From contig OZ231126.1 of the NCBI GenBank assembly GCA_965153355.1, positions 41,292,001-41,356,000 on the forward strand: a stretch of DNA of 64,000 nt, read 5' to 3'. The position numbers and the translations under genes were made by a program. The DNA comes from Flaccisagitta enflata (Eukaryota). This document shows, piece by piece, positions 29,042 through 44,204 of this stretch. Numbering within the stretch: the first letter of the stretch is position 1; each line of letters begins with the position of its first letter. The notes beneath the pieces were generated by a model that did not search any database, was not told the DNA's origin, and was given only the letters and a program-made list of their open reading frames with translations.

Positions 29042-30217
29042 GAACGAAAGAACGAAAGAATGGAAGAGCGAAAGAACGAAAGAACGAAATAACGAAAAAA
29101 CGAAAGAACGAAAGAACGAAAGAACGAAAAGAAAGAAGGAAAGAGAGTCAGAATCACCTACGTACAAGCAGTCAGACAAACACGTCTGGATTCTGGAACG
29201 AAAGTAGCCGAAAAGCCATGCGATAAGTCGATAACTGAAGATATATCATCTCCAAACAATGCGGATGCGTGCTAAAGGTTTAAGCTTGGCCCTTCATCAT
29301 ATCACAATCACGAATAAAATTGAATATCGTTCCTTGAATTGCGAGTTCAAATAGTGTGATATCTTCAGTAAATACTTGTCTTGCCCTCTGACTTGCCTCG
29401 CCCTGACATCCCCTTCCTCGATTTCACCTTGCCTTTCCCTGCCCCTTATTCTTCCGCAGGTTCGTCCTCCCGCCAGGGAAATATTACGTTTTTGCCTCAC
29501 GATGGTCGGGAATTGATTCAACATTACCGAGTTGGCGATTCGGAATTATTCATGGTATGAGTGTAATTTCCCAGCTGGTTAACTATGTTTTTTTTTATAA
29601 TTCGTTATTTGCATACCGAATTTCTGGTTCCTGGATCAGTTTGTGCAGAATCTGGCCGCGTTATCAAATGTTTTAAAGACTAATAACTACTTACAGATTT
29701 CTACGCGACAGGCTTACGAATTCTGCAGCTTTGGGGCGAAGACGTGATGCGATTACGTTCGACTTGTTTATCGGGCATATTTGGAACGTGTTCATAAGGA
29801 AACGTTGACGGGCAGCTGGCGGCTCATCATCGGTCTGAATTCCCGCGAAACTCCTTCGTATCGTTAGATTCGTTACATCGTTACAACGACTTCAAGATTG
29901 CGTCAACTTGTGTCTCGATTGCGATGAAGGACCTTCGGCACTCGAAAGTATGATGGGCAGGCGTAGAGATTTAAGACTGAGGGAATGTGGAGGGAATGTG
30001 GAGGGGTGTGGAGGGGTGCGAAGGGGGTCTGTACGTTCGTCCGTATGCTGGGCAGATTGTCCTCTTTGATCAACGCCGATGACGCATCGAGTTGCCCAAA
30101 CGAGTTCATCCCGTCATACTTTCAACGTAGCCATGGCATTACAATAAGTCCATCGGTCCGTTGGTAAATCAATCGGTCACGCGAGTTTCTCGTTTGAAAG
30201 CTAATTTTCCAACAGCA

Positions 30218-30349
<132 letters not shown>

Positions 30350-31124
30350 GAGAGAGACAGAGAGAGAGAGAGACAGAGAGAGAGAAGAGTGTTTTCAAAT
30401 TTCTGAACGAGCTTAAATCTAATTCTATCAGAGGCAATTTTCCCCACGCTTTCCTTCCTCACCAACATGTGTTTCCCTTCCCTCCGTCTCTCTCCGAGCT
30501 CGCCTCACGGTCTCTCTCTCTCTCTCTCTCTCTCCACTCCACTCTTCCCTCTCCTTTCTCCTCTCTTCCTGTCACGCTTTTGCCTCCGTCCCAGCGCCTC
30601 TCCCCTCCTCTACTCCTCCTCTCCGCTCCTCTCTGTCTCTACCTCTTCTCCTTTCGCTCCTTTCCCTCCCTCCCATCTTCTCTCCCCTCTTCTCCCTCCC
30701 TCTCTTCCTCTCCTCTCCCCTCCTCTCCTCTCCTCTCCTTTCTTTCTCTTTTCTCCTTTCTCTCCTTTTGCCTCCCTCCCATCTTCTTTCCCCCCCTCTC
30801 CCCCCCTCTCCTCTCTTCTCCTTTCTCTCCACCCAAGCGCGTCGACGTTGGATTGAATCGTGAGTTTATGGGAGCCAAACAAGGCAGTTGAACGCTGGGA
30901 CAGTTTTCGTAATCTTTTCTCCTTTGACATCTAATTCCTAGTCACATTTATTCTCCTCCAACGGATCTAATCAATTCCCCACTGCTGCGACTGCTGCTGC
31001 TGATGTAGTCTGCTGTTGCAGCGGCTGCATTTTTTTTTGCTGTCGACGATGAAGTTGCGGGGTGTTGCGTCGCTCCACTTCGAAATGATATGCCGTAGTT
31101 GTCGTCTTTCTTGCTCTTTTTATT

Positions 31125-31175
<51 letters not shown>

Positions 31176-31587
31176 TCTTTTTTGAATTGATGTCAATTCT
31201 ATGCAATTTTGTCAATTGACAGCCATAGTAGAGCCAAAAGGCAGAAAAAAATCCCCAAAGAGTCGAGTCGAGGCCTCCGCGATTGCAATGACTTGTTCTT
31301 TAACCCTTTGAAATTGCTTGTATTGGGTGATCTTGTGGAAGTGAAAGTCGAGATCACGCTTTGATAAGTAAAAGAAATGTAAAAAAAAAAAACAAGAAAA
31401 AATTGAATTTCCTAATTTATCAATTTTAGTGTCAAAATCAACAGGGTGAGAAAAAAGAAATCAAAAATTGCCTGTTCATATTAAATGATATAGAGCAACC
31501 AAAGCAGACCCGTGAAAGTCCTTAATAAATGGTTGGTGTCAGAATAAAAACATTGAACGCATTAATCAATAATCTAGCTCTATATAC

Positions 31588-31777
31588 TTTTTAGTCGCGT
31601 GCACGCGACTCTACAGCCCGCTTTGTCCGTCGGTCGGTCGGTCGGTCACACTTTACTTTTTTTTATGATTTTATTTCTTTGACCTCACTGCTCCTGCCCA
31701 AATGGTCTGGCGACTTCAAATATGGCCCCTGCCCACCCGCACGCGACCTCGGTAGCCGTGTATCCGGCCTTGTTTTT
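31588..31777 (+). mobile_element. Family A HINE-like element, near-consensus copy
   Basis: TTTTTAGTCGCGTGCACGCGACTCTAC...(GTCG)n...CACGCGACC...GCCGTGTATCCGGCCTTGTTTTT; T-runs on both sides and no TSD. Confidence 0.85.
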
Positions 31778-31972
31778 AGAGATATATCGTCAGCCAAAAC
31801 CATAACGTGATAAGTGGGCAAAACGCGGGCGTGATCGCGTTTTTTTCACCATAGCCCTTCAAAAAAGAAGCAAGATCAGGTGCTAAGGACAAGCTATTTT
31901 TCTCTTTTGTGTTTTAGGATCCCGTGATGGTGCCTTTTGTCTTTACATGTGATTGCGTTTGCCTTTTTCACT

Positions 31973-32075
<103 letters not shown>

Positions 32076-32408
32076 TTGTGTGAGCGCATGCATTTCAGTC
32101 AATGCCTCTGTATATGTTTGTTTGCTCACACAATCATGCAGGAACCAGAAGTTTTATGCGGGCACATTTTTAGAGAATTCATTTCTTTTTTTTCGCGTGC
32201 TACACGACTCTATAAGCCACTTTTTGGTCCATCAGTCCATTGGTCCGTCCATCCGTCTGTCCGTCACAAATAACTTGAAAGGGATTTTTTCCATTTTTTA
32301 CACTTATGAACATTAGAGAATGCGCTGGGAGAAGGCTTGAGATTCGGTGATTCACCAACCGAAAAAGAAACGGCTAATTTTCACTGATTCAGTGATTTGG
32401 ATTTTTGT

Positions 32409-32484
<76 letters not shown>

Positions 32485-32782
32485 TTTTTCTTCCTTTCTT
32501 TTTCACCTTTTCTGCATTTTTTCTTCCATTATTTCTTTGTGTACCACTTGTTGCAGCATAAAAATCACTGATAAAAAAACGAAAAAACGGTGGTGGTTGT
32601 AGGAAATCGCCAAAAATCGGGGGTGATTGATAGTGAAAACCTATCTAAACTCTAACTGGGAGGTAGAGAATACTAATTTGAGGGTCATTTTGAGAACTCC
32701 AGTCTGTCCCTGTGTCCAACTTTTTCTGAAATGCCAACGCACGCGACTTTGGTCTAATGACCTTGTTCTTCTTCCACTTGCT

Positions 32783-33567
32783 TTTTAGTCGCGGACACGC
32801 AACTCCACCTTGCCGTGTCAGTCGGTCCGTCTGTACGTCCATCGGTCACATTTTTTAATTGCGAGTGGTTTTTGCATAACTGCTCCTTCCCAACCGTCCG
32901 CGACTGGATTGCCGTGTATCCGGCCTTGTTTTCTTTCCCTCTTCCCCTTTTTAGTCGCGTGCACGCGACTCTATGACCCGCTCTGTCCGTCTGTCGGTCG
33001 GTCGGTCCATTCGTCCGTCGGTCACGCTTAGCTTTTTTTCGCCGTTTTACGTCATTTTAAGTCATTTTAAGTAGTCTTTTAATCATTTAGTCTTTTGGTC
33101 TTATGGTCTTAACAACCGCACGCGACTGTAAGGTGTTGGCCTTGTTTCTTTCATTCTTTCATTCATTTCTTTATCCTTCTTCCTTTCTAACTTTCCTGCT
33201 TTCCTTCTTTTCTTCTTTCCTTCTTTCCTTCTTTCCATTTTTTCCTTCTTTCTTTCTTTCTATCCGCCGGTTTTACATGCAAGTACCGCTATCTGGCTAA
33301 CTTTAGTCTAACTTTGATGCAGCTGAGTTTATATCTTCTATGCTTTTAGGACCCGCAAAGGTGTGATGTGAATTAGTAGCTAAGGTTATTGCCTTTGCAT
33401 CGCAGCCATGAGATTGTTCCTTCTTTGTGTCTTTCTTTTTAGTCGCGTGCAAACAACTCTACAATACGCTTTGTCTGTCCATCCGTTGGTCAGTTGGTTG
33501 GTCCCCATTTTACTTTTTTTATGATTTTATTTCTCTGACCTCACTGCTCCTGCCCAAATGGTTTAGT

Positions 33568-33630
<63 letters not shown>

Positions 33631-33865
33631 ATCTTTCTTTCTCTCTTTCTCTGTCCCTTTTTCCCGTTCCATTTCCTTGAACTATGTGTTCTTTTTGAGA
33701 GAATGTAATTACAAAACCGTGCGTTTTTACTCACGGACACGCAACTCTAGAACTTGACCTGTGGTCTGTCCGTCAGTCCGTCAACCTGTTCGTAACATTT
33801 CTTAATTGTGAGCAGTTTTTTGCATTACTGCTCCTGCGCAACCGTCCATGACTGTCCTCCCGTAA
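32783..33865 (+). mobile_element. Cluster of four same-orientation family A HINE-like copies
   Basis: Starts at ~32783, 32947, 33436, 33725, each with an AGTCGCG/ACGCAACTC head and GTCY repeats; the first two end in GGCCTTGTT. Confidence 0.7.
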
Positions 33866-34037
33866 CTAGTTAAACATGCATTCTCACCATTCTATAGAAC
33901 TTCTCGCTTTCGTTACTTAGATCAATGATTCATTCATTCATTCATTCATTCATTCATTCATTCACTCAGTTATCCATTCATTCATTCATTAAAACCGCTA
34001 AATTTTGCATGAATAAATAGCGAGTGAGTGGAGTGAG

Positions 34038-34183
<146 letters not shown>

Positions 34184-34819
34184 AGGTAGGCAAGTAGTTT
34201 TCCATTACAACTTTATCCCAAAAACCTTTATGCTTGCCTTTTTGTTTTCAAACGCGAAAATTATAACATTTTAGGAGGGTGATAGCGTTAGCCTTCGTAG
34301 AGCAGATAGAATTGTATAAGACAAATCTTGATAGAGTCAAATTAATGATACATGATTTTCCTTGTGTCCATTTTTCTCCGTCACGTGAACGCGCTCACGT
34401 CCGCGTTCTTAACGCGACTAGGCCATTTTTTCTTATGAAGAACAACATGGGTTTTTAACTGCTTTTGCATACACACAACCAATGTGAACTTATTTACCCA
34501 GCTAGTTTATCCCGTTTTCGTTGTCCCGTTTGCTCATGTGTCACGTGGGCATTATTTTTACTCACGTCAATAAGAGGCTGTGTCCGTTGGTCCATTGGTA
34601 ATTGGTCGGTTGGTCAATTGTTCCGTCGGTAACGCATTCGTTCGACGATCCACACGACCTTTTCTAAATCATTTTGTTAGGGGCGATGAATCTTAGAAAG
34701 TGTCAACAGATTTCAGTCAATTTCGCTCGACTTTTTCTGTACGTTGGTCTCCTATCTGTTGATTTGTCCGTCCGTTCGTTGGGCAAAACTGTTGAAGCGT
34801 AAAAACAGGTAAACATATA

Positions 34820-35204
34820 CAGAGAAGTGCTAAATACAAGGTTAGAACCCTCTAAAAACTGTAGCACCCCACCTGCAGCCTTAACCAATTACATTTAAAA
34901 GATTTTTGGAGTAAAGAAAAAATGTTTGTATTAATACAAGTAGCGCCACCAGAGCGATTTTCAAATTTTGACCTTTAACTCTAAATATAGCTTGTAAAAA
35001 TGTTAAAATCAACTTTTTTTGAATATTCATAAAATCAAGGATTATGTGCCATCATTCAAAACTGGAGTGAAAATTTCAAAATCGCTTTGTATAGTCCTAA
35101 GCTATGATCTACAACCCAGCACAAACTACTTATTGCTGTAGTTTGATCTGTAAGGGGATGCTACAGTTTTAGAGGGTTCACAACTTGTATTAGCCCTTCT
35201 TCTG
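34820..35204. mobile_element. MITE with ~55-bp imperfect TIRs and TA TSD, nested in a degenerate family A copy
   Basis: TA-CAGAGAAGTGCTAAATACAAG...AACCCTCTAAAAACTGTAGCA versus TGCTACAGTTTTAGAGGGTT...CTTGTATTAGCCCTTCTTCTG-TA. Confidence 0.75.
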
Positions 35205-35496
35205 TACGTTTTCGCCCCTGCCCAACGATGAGCTGCTAGTATGATACCCCAGAAACTTTCCATATGCCCTATACATAAACAGACAAAAAAATGGCATCAT
35301 CAAAGCCTGCTCTTTTTCCCTACTAGCCCCTCTCCCTTCTTTAAAAAGAAAGATAAGAAAAGAAGGCAAGAGAAAATTAGCGCATTTTTCAGTGAGTTAA
35401 GTGACAGAAGGAGGTGGGTTTAAGTCTTGAGACCGATGGTTGGAGCTCCTCCAAAATTATTCATTAGCAACGAATTCCTGAGAGTACATCTGACTG

Positions 35497-35593
<97 letters not shown>

Positions 35594-36449
35594 TCAACCA
35601 CAACTTCTCTAACAACAATAATAAATAATAACAACAACAACAACAACAACAACAACAAAAACAACAACAACAACAATAACAACAACAACAATAACAACAA
35701 CAATAAACAATACAATAAAAACAATAAATAAACAACAACAACAACAACAACAAAAGCGTGACATCAATTATAGCTACAACCACACAACAACAACAACAAC
35801 AACAACAACGTACAGACGATTTAAGACTATTAATAATAAATAAATAACAAAAATAATAACAATAACAATAACAATAACAATAATAATAATAACAATAACA
35901 ATAATAACAATAAAAATAATAAATAACAACAACAATAATAACAATAACAATAACAATATAATAACAACAATAATAATAACAATAACAATAATAACAACAA
36001 CAATAACAATAACAATAATAACAATAATAAATTCACAACCACAACAACAACTACAACTACCATACCCACAACCACAAATCTCACAACCACAACTACAACC
36101 ATAACCACAAATAACAACAACAATCAACAACAACAACAACAACAACTACAACAACAACAACGCAGACGACAACGACGAGGAAGAGGAGGAGGATGGCATC
36201 TAACTGAACTGCCATGACTCAATTAGGATCTAATCTGCTACAAACTTTCCCTGGCCCACGCCTCTACCATACCCATTATCTCCATCTTTCTTTTTCTTTT
36301 TCTTTTTTCTTCTTCCTCTTTTTTATTCTTCCTTGTTTTTAGTCACTGGCCAAGCGACCCATAAGAGGCTGTGTGTACATAGGCACGCGAAATTTGAGAT
36401 GAAGCACCGACTTCTGAATAATTTCTTAGCACTACTGCTCCTGCCCAGC

Positions 36450-36509
<60 letters not shown>

Positions 36510-36916
36510 CTCTCTGACGACCACATAAGTTCTCCTTCTAATTAGAAATTAGGCAACGGCTTGTCGGTTGAAGCCGCCTAAAACCGGCGAGAAATCGAGA
36601 AGCCGACAGTAGCCGACATTAGCCGACAAATGCCGACAGAAAAAGACAAAAGCCTCCTGCGCGATTTCCTCGAAACCGCCGCCACTCGGAAATTAGTGAA
36701 CGACGATAAAAACAAGACAGATCGACGAATAAAAAGAAAGAAAGAGAGATAGATGAAAAAGAATGAAAAAGAGGCAAGTGGGATAGAAAGGTCGAAAAAA
36801 AAAGTGAAAGACAGCAATAAAACAAGACTCACATAAGAGGGAAGAATCTCAAAAAGGCGAATGTAAATCGGAGACAACAAAATTGGAACCTGGAGAATGA
36901 GCGCTAAATTTACGAG

Positions 36917-37141
<225 letters not shown>

Positions 37142-37189
37142 AAACTTGTACACTCACGCACGCACGCATCCACACGCACAGAAAAAAAC

Positions 37190-37437
37190 GCAAGGTAAGG
37201 CTACTAGAGTGGCGTAAACGGGTAAGGTTATGAATGTTGCGTTAAGACTTAAGGTGTAAGGCTTCTAATGTGCTGTTAAGGGGTAAGGTAAAGCGTTGTC
37301 AAAGGGTAAGGCTACTGATGTGGCGTTAAATGGATACTGGGTAGGGCTTCTTTTGTGGCATTAAAAGCCTTTAAGGATAAGGCTACTAATGTGGCGTTTA
37401 AAGGCGAGTCTACTTATGTGGCGTTAAAGGGTAAGGA
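37190..37437. repeat. Degenerate ~27-bp minisatellite (GGGTAAGGCTACTAATGTGGCGTTAAA)
   Basis: About 9 diverged units. Confidence 0.75.
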
Positions 37438-37573
37438 CATAAACAGAGCCTCAATCAGCGATTAACAGAATTAATCTCGATTCTCCAAGGAACCATTTCA
37501 ACGCGCTGGCCTCCATCACTCTTGCTCACCGACGTCTCCTTTCCAGCCTTCTTTCTTTCTTTCTTTCTTTTAT

Positions 37574-37645
<72 letters not shown>

Positions 37646-38384
37646 TCCTTCTTTTTTCTTTCTTTCTTTCTTTCTTTTTTTCTTTCTTTCTTTCGTTGCT
37701 CTTAGGCTAAATAAGCCCTGAGGCCAGTAGCAATGCACCTGTCAGAAACGCAATCATCCGTCAAAACATTTCTTTTGTTAGTTTATTACAGCGATTGAGG
37801 ATATATCAAAGTGTAACAGATTCTCACTGTGCCGCATCATACAGCCAAATGAATATCAATGAAAAGTGGAAACTGGCTGAAGATAATATTTTAGAATATG
37901 GTGGAACCCCGCAATAACAGCCCCGCTTTTAAAGGTTCCCCATCAATAAAAGTCAACATTTTGAGGTCCCAAATGGTAGTTTGTAATGTGATTTCACCTC
38001 TCTTTAAAGATTATCCTGAGGTAATGGTGAAAAATCTTTAGTCCCAATGGGACCGATGAGGCGGGGTCCAACTGTACTTTCATTCAAAACTGCCTATGAA
38101 CTATTAATATTCTTTGAGGTTTGGTATGCCAAGTTTTGTTATAGTGACACTTTCGGAGTCTGTTGGCTTGTTTGCAAAATTGCTGACTTGCCAGGTACTT
38201 TTTGTTCCATGTTTGCTCTTTTTGCTAGCTTGTATGTTACCATTATTTTTTCGGACATGGCAAGCTAGCTAGCTAGCTTGATGCAGCTGAGGTAGGAAAA
38301 AAGTCGAATCTAATCTAATCAAAGCTCCGAAGAAATTCAAATGCTCATTCAACCGCCATTCCCATAGCCATGCGCCACGTGTCC

Positions 38385-38510
<126 letters not shown>

Positions 38511-38631
38511 CTTGCATCACCCTCGCAATGCACTCAGGGTCTCCATGAATGCAAAGCGAGTGACTCGGGTGACTTCGGCGCGTTGACTTCGGCGGTGACG
38601 CCCACATTTCATTGGAATTCTCCGTTTACGT

Positions 38632-39012
38632 CCACAACTGACACCTAAAACTGACAAAAGCCACTACCACCCACAACTGACACCTGTCGGCAACTGATAC
38701 CTAAAACTGACAACCGCCACTGACACCCACAACAGAAACCTACCTGCAACTTACACCCACAACAGACACCGGCCCGTAATTGACACCTTAGACTGACAGC
38801 CGCCACTGACACCCACATCTGATACCTGCCTGCAACTGACACCTGAAACTAAGACTGACATCCGTCACTGACTAACAACGGAGAGACCACAGCCGCTACC
38901 CATAACTCCTAGCCACAACTGACGTCTAAACTTCATGTCCACAACTGATACTAACGCCGGACAGTCTACCACTGACTACACTGACACCGACAAATGACCC
39001 CCACAACTAACC
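38632..39012. repeat. Degenerate minisatellite built on (A)CTGACACC
   Basis: Recurrent ACTGACACC/ACTGATACC motifs every ~15-20 bp. Confidence 0.7.
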
Positions 39013-39133
39013 TTGACGAGGGACACCCACGGCAGCATTTTTGGCGAGTGCCTTTTACGTCTACGAATTTCCTTGGGTGCAAATTCACACGATAAAATTA
39101 TATGGTGATTACGCTCGGCTTTCCCGCGTACGT

Positions 39134-39237
<104 letters not shown>

Positions 39238-39448
39238 TTGTGTGTGTGCGCGTGCGTGCGCGCGAATGTATGGCACACTGATCGATTTACTATTTATCGA
39301 TTTGTCTTTTGCCATTGTCAGAGACACGTGCTGACGTAACGATTTAGCGTGCACGTAACGATTACGCATGCACGTGACGGAAGTGCGTGTGACGGTGGTT
39401 TGCATGTCGGGTTTGTGTATACTTAATCCGATCATGTGACTGGACTTG

Positions 39449-39667
<219 letters not shown>

Positions 39668-39764
39668 GGATTTCTGTGAACAAATTTGATAAGACTTTTT
39701 TGCAATTATGACGAATGATTGGAGCAAACTGTCAATGAATCGTGAGACTGCCTTTTACTTTTAA

Positions 39765-41659
39765 AACAAGGCCGGATACACGGCTACCCCAGTCGCGTGC
39801 GGGTGGGCAGGAGCGGCGCTGGAGAAGGTCACTAGAGCATTTGGGCAGGAGCAGTAGGCTCAACTAGTCATCCAAGGATCGCACATGGTCAGCGGTACCC
39901 GATGCCCTGCTGGAGTGATCAAGTAATGTAGTGGAATGAGAGCAGGGCAGCGGCCCCAAATGGCCAATGTCCTGTAGGACACAGGGGTGAATTTCGAGAC
40001 ATCCTGAGTCAGATTTGAAGTTGGGATGGCAGGATTTAGCCTAAAAGAGCAGATTTGAGGTTTGGGGGGCAGGCTTGAGGCCTAGAGAACAAATTTTAGG
40101 CCTGAAGGGCTGATTTGAGGTTTGGAGGGCTGATTTGCGGTCTTGAGGGCAGATATGAGGTCTGGAGAGCTGATTTGAGCTCTCGAGGGCTAAATTGAGA
40201 TCTGAAAGGGCTAATTTGATGGCTCAGGGGGCCAAAATCATGCCTGAGACTGCAGAATTGAGGCTTCGATGTCCAAGGAAGGATGGAAGGAAGGACGGAC
40301 GGAAGGACGGAAGGACGGACGGACGTCTCGAAATTTCCCCCTGTGTCCTACAGGACATCGGCCCTTTGGGGCCGCTGCCCAAAAAGCTAAACAGGTCGCC
40401 CAAGGGCAATATGTGGTCAGCGATACCCGTTGCCCTGCTTTGATTGATTGTGAATTGGAGTGAGGGGAAGCAGGGCAGCGGCCCCGAAGGGGACGAAGTC
40501 CTGTAGAACACAGGGGGACTTTCGTTCGTTCTGCCTGAAGAAGTGGATGAGACGCTATAGAGGGCTTACTGAAGGCCTTCAAGAGCCTGAACCGAGGTCT
40601 GAGATGGCTGATATAAGGCCTCAGAATGCCAATCGGAAGCTTGAGAGGGCTGATTTGATGCTTGAGAGAACTGGATTAAGGCTTGAAAGGTCAGACGACT
40701 GATTTGAAGCCCGAGAGCAATAAATTGAGGCTTAGATAGCTGATTTAAGGCCTGAGAGGCCTGATTGGAGGCCTGAGAGGCCTGAGAGGCCTAATTTGAG
40801 GCCTGAGGGGCCAGGTTTGAGGCCTGAAAATTTGGATTTGAGGCCGAAGAAGCCTAATTTAAGGCCTGAGAGGCCAGGTTCGAGGCCTGAGAGGTTGGAT
40901 TTGAGGCCTGAGAGGCCGGATTTGAGGCCTGAGAGGCTGGATTTGAGGCCTGAGAGGCCAGACTTGAGGTCTCAGAGGCCAGATTTGGGGCCTGAGGGGC
41001 CTGGGGAGGGGGGGACGAACAAACGAACAAACGGACGAACGAACGAAAGTCCCCTGTGTTCTACAAGACTTCGCTCCCTTCGGGTCGCTGCCCAAAATGC
41101 CGGAAGCGTCAGATGGTCAGCGGTACTCGTGCCCCGCCTCAGCAGGTTGTACGTTGAGGGGTTGTAGCAGCGGCCCTGAAGGGGTCGATGACCTATGCCA
41201 CACAGGGAATTTTTCCTTATCTCTCCGCACCCCCTCCCCCAGCCTCCAGGCCATATCTCGCCTCGAGGCCCATATCCCAGCCTCAAGGCTCAAATCCCAG
41301 TCTTGAGGCCCAAATCCCTTGAGGCTGGAATTTGGGCCCCAAAGATAGGATTCTGGCTATACAGTATAGGGTGGGATTTGGGCCTTGAGGTTGGGATTTG
41401 GGCCTCCAGACTGGGATTTGGGCCTCGAGGCTTGGATATGGGCCTCGAGGCTGAAATGGGCCTGGAGGTAGGGGGATGGGGTGTACGAAGTAGAAGGAGA
41501 AAATTCCCCTGTGTGAAAGCATAGGTCATTGACCCCTTCGGGGCCGCTGCCCAAAAAAGGGGGACCGACCGACCGACCAACCAACCAATCAACCGACTGA
41601 CTGACCGACCAACCGACCGACATACCGGGATGTAGAGTCGCGTAGCACGCGACTAAAAA
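39765..41659 (-). mobile_element. Composite: one family A HINE split by three tandem family B elements
   Basis: Family A half at 39765-39862 and its other half at 41559-41659; family B copies at ~39863-40385, 40390-41096, 41097-41558, each ending GCTGCCC-AAAA. Confidence 0.8.
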
Positions 41660-42247
41660 GACAAGAAAAAAGACGAACTTCATTTTTGTTGATGATTAAA
41701 AGAGGTAGAGGATCGACGCTCAGACAGACAATGGAACAGAACAGCAGACGTAGCTATTTTTAGGAGAGTCGCGGGGAAAATGTCACAAGCTTTTTTTCAA
41801 AGGCATGAGATAACTTTTCAATCATGACGGAAATAACTCTCATCTCCTTTTAACCAATTGCTGAAGAGAAAGAAAACATCAACAGGAAACAAATTAGAGA
41901 AATGATTGAAAATTTAGCGAGTTTAAGACATGCCAATCGCCGAGTCACCTCGCTCCTTGCCCAGCTCCGATACAGCCCCTACCCCCGCTCTTATGACCCC
42001 ACCCCCCGCTCTTATGACCCCACCCCCCCGCTCCTCTTATGATCCCACCCCTACTCCTCTTATGACCCCTCCCCCACCAAGGAAAAAAAGAATCCTCCAA
42101 ACAAGACTTCCTATGCCAATGGGCCAAAAAAAAGAAAGGGCAAAAAGTGAATGAGGCTGATGAGGAGGAAGAGGACGAGGAAGTGAAGGAGGAGGAAACT
42201 AGCGGCGGATTAAATGCCGGAATCTGATGCCGGTGGAGGAAGGAGAG

Positions 42248-42374
<127 letters not shown>

Positions 42375-43451
42375 CAGCCGGGTCTTTTTTTTTTTTCTTT
42401 TTTTTGCGGCTGAATTGCAAGTGCAAGCAAGCAAGCAAGCAAGCAAGCAAGAAGAGGGCAGCGGTTTGCGTTGGTATCGCAAGCGGCCGTTCAGTCGTAG
42501 AGAGATTTAATCAAAATAAGGTCCTGACCCATGATGCCTGTCGCGGAAGCGGGGACGACGGGTTAACAACACTCTCTTCCTCCTCCTCCTCCTCCTTCTC
42601 TTCCTCCTCCTCCCCCTCCTCCTTCTCTTCTTTCTCCTTTTCCTCCTATACTTCCACACCCCCCTCCCTTCCCTCCCACCTCTTTCCTCTGCCAATATCA
42701 CTTTGATAACCACTTCTTTGCAGCATTCTCTCTTTCCTCTCCATCTTCTCCCCTCTTTTCCACACAGCCATCACTTCACCCATTTCCTGTCATTATTTGC
42801 AACACTCATTTTCTCCTCGAACTCCTCCCTCATTTCCCCTCCCTAACCTCTGCCACCGTTTCAGCCACCGCGTTTTGTCTTTCATTCAACCTCCCCAATC
42901 ACAATGTCGGTTGTGTTTGTCTATCTTCTTGTCTGTATCACTAGCGTTCTCACTGTCTGTCAGATGACCTCTTTTTCGTATTTGCTTGTTAGGTTCGTTT
43001 CTTTATATATAGGACTAATTTAGTTTTTTGTCCATTGTCAGGCCGATTCTTTAATATGCACTGTTTCTTTGCTGCGTCGGGCGCAATGCGGACTTAATTT
43101 TCGTGGCCCTCGAATACTTACAGTTATCGATACAATTTTCTTGTTGACCACACTGATTAGTTACGAGCTACGCGACTACATACCTCGCTTCGTCAGTCGG
43201 GCAATCATGGCAAAATGAACGAGATGAAATATTTTTGAAATTTTTGAAATATGTATTTCATAGTGTATAAAAAGCTAAAAAAAGATGTCCAGATTGTCCC
43301 CCTATCCAATTCAGTTCCATTCCACCATCTCATACTCCCACGCATTCTGTCCGCCTACCATACATCAGCGTGCTAACGACCATTTCTCTGTCTCTCTCTC
43401 TGTCTCTCTCTCTCTGTCTCTCCCTCTCTGTCTCTCTCTGTCTCTCTCTCT

Positions 43452-43541
<90 letters not shown>

Positions 43542-43695
43542 GTGACTGTGTAAGACGCGCGGTGTTGCACATGGCTCCCAAATGGTTCCACGGTCACCGA
43601 CTCGCCGTCCGTTACGTCATTTAAATCCTCGGTTTTCTCGTCTTTCATGCAACTGAACGATAGCATGAAGTCTCGGAAATGGAGACAAAAGCATA

Positions 43696-44204
43696 CAGTA
43701 GATGTCGTCTAGACTTGGAAATACGGGGGAGCTCATAACCTCAGCATCAGTACAGTGAGGGGTCTGATATTTTACTAGCGTAATGTATAGACCCTAAGGG
43801 GTTGACGATGGGGTATGGCATCACCCTACGGCTTATCTTACAAAAAAAACTTTTAGTATAAATTGTTGGGATCAATCACTTTTACGGCAGAATTTCAGCT
43901 TCATCTATTTACTTTAATTGCAAAACCAGCCCGGGATTCGAATCTGGAACTTTTGAAGAAATGAAGTGATCAAGAAGGCTTAGCAGTCAAGTGAGTTAAC
44001 CACTAGACCAATTCTGGCAGCTGTTTGAGCAAAGCAAATTTGTTTTAGTATATTCAAAAAAATTTTCTATCCACAGAGCTGCCATACCCCATCGTCAACC
44101 CTATAGGACTTAAGCATTATACAGACACAGTTTCATTTCATTGGCGCAAATGGTAGTTAGGATATGAGGGCCCCCGTATTTCCAAGTCTAGACGACATCT
44201 ACTG
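43696..44204. mobile_element. Tc1/mariner-type MITE, 34-bp perfect TIR, TA TSD, with a second internal inverted repeat
   Basis: TA-CAGTAGATGTCGTCTAGACTTGGAAATACGGGGG ... CCCCCGTATTTCCAAGTCTAGACGACATCTACTG-TA; inner IR at 43793-43820 / 44080-44107. Confidence 0.9.

Noticed and set aside
29697-29797. Possible next transporter exon (D)FYATG after ttacAG
   Set aside because: Phase fits, but the frame lacks the LP.VLQYL motif and stops after ~33 codons.
40796-41167. RPERPDL heptad-repeat protein (also 53218-53631 RPQIRPL)
   Set aside because: Translation of the 21-bp central repeats of family B elements.
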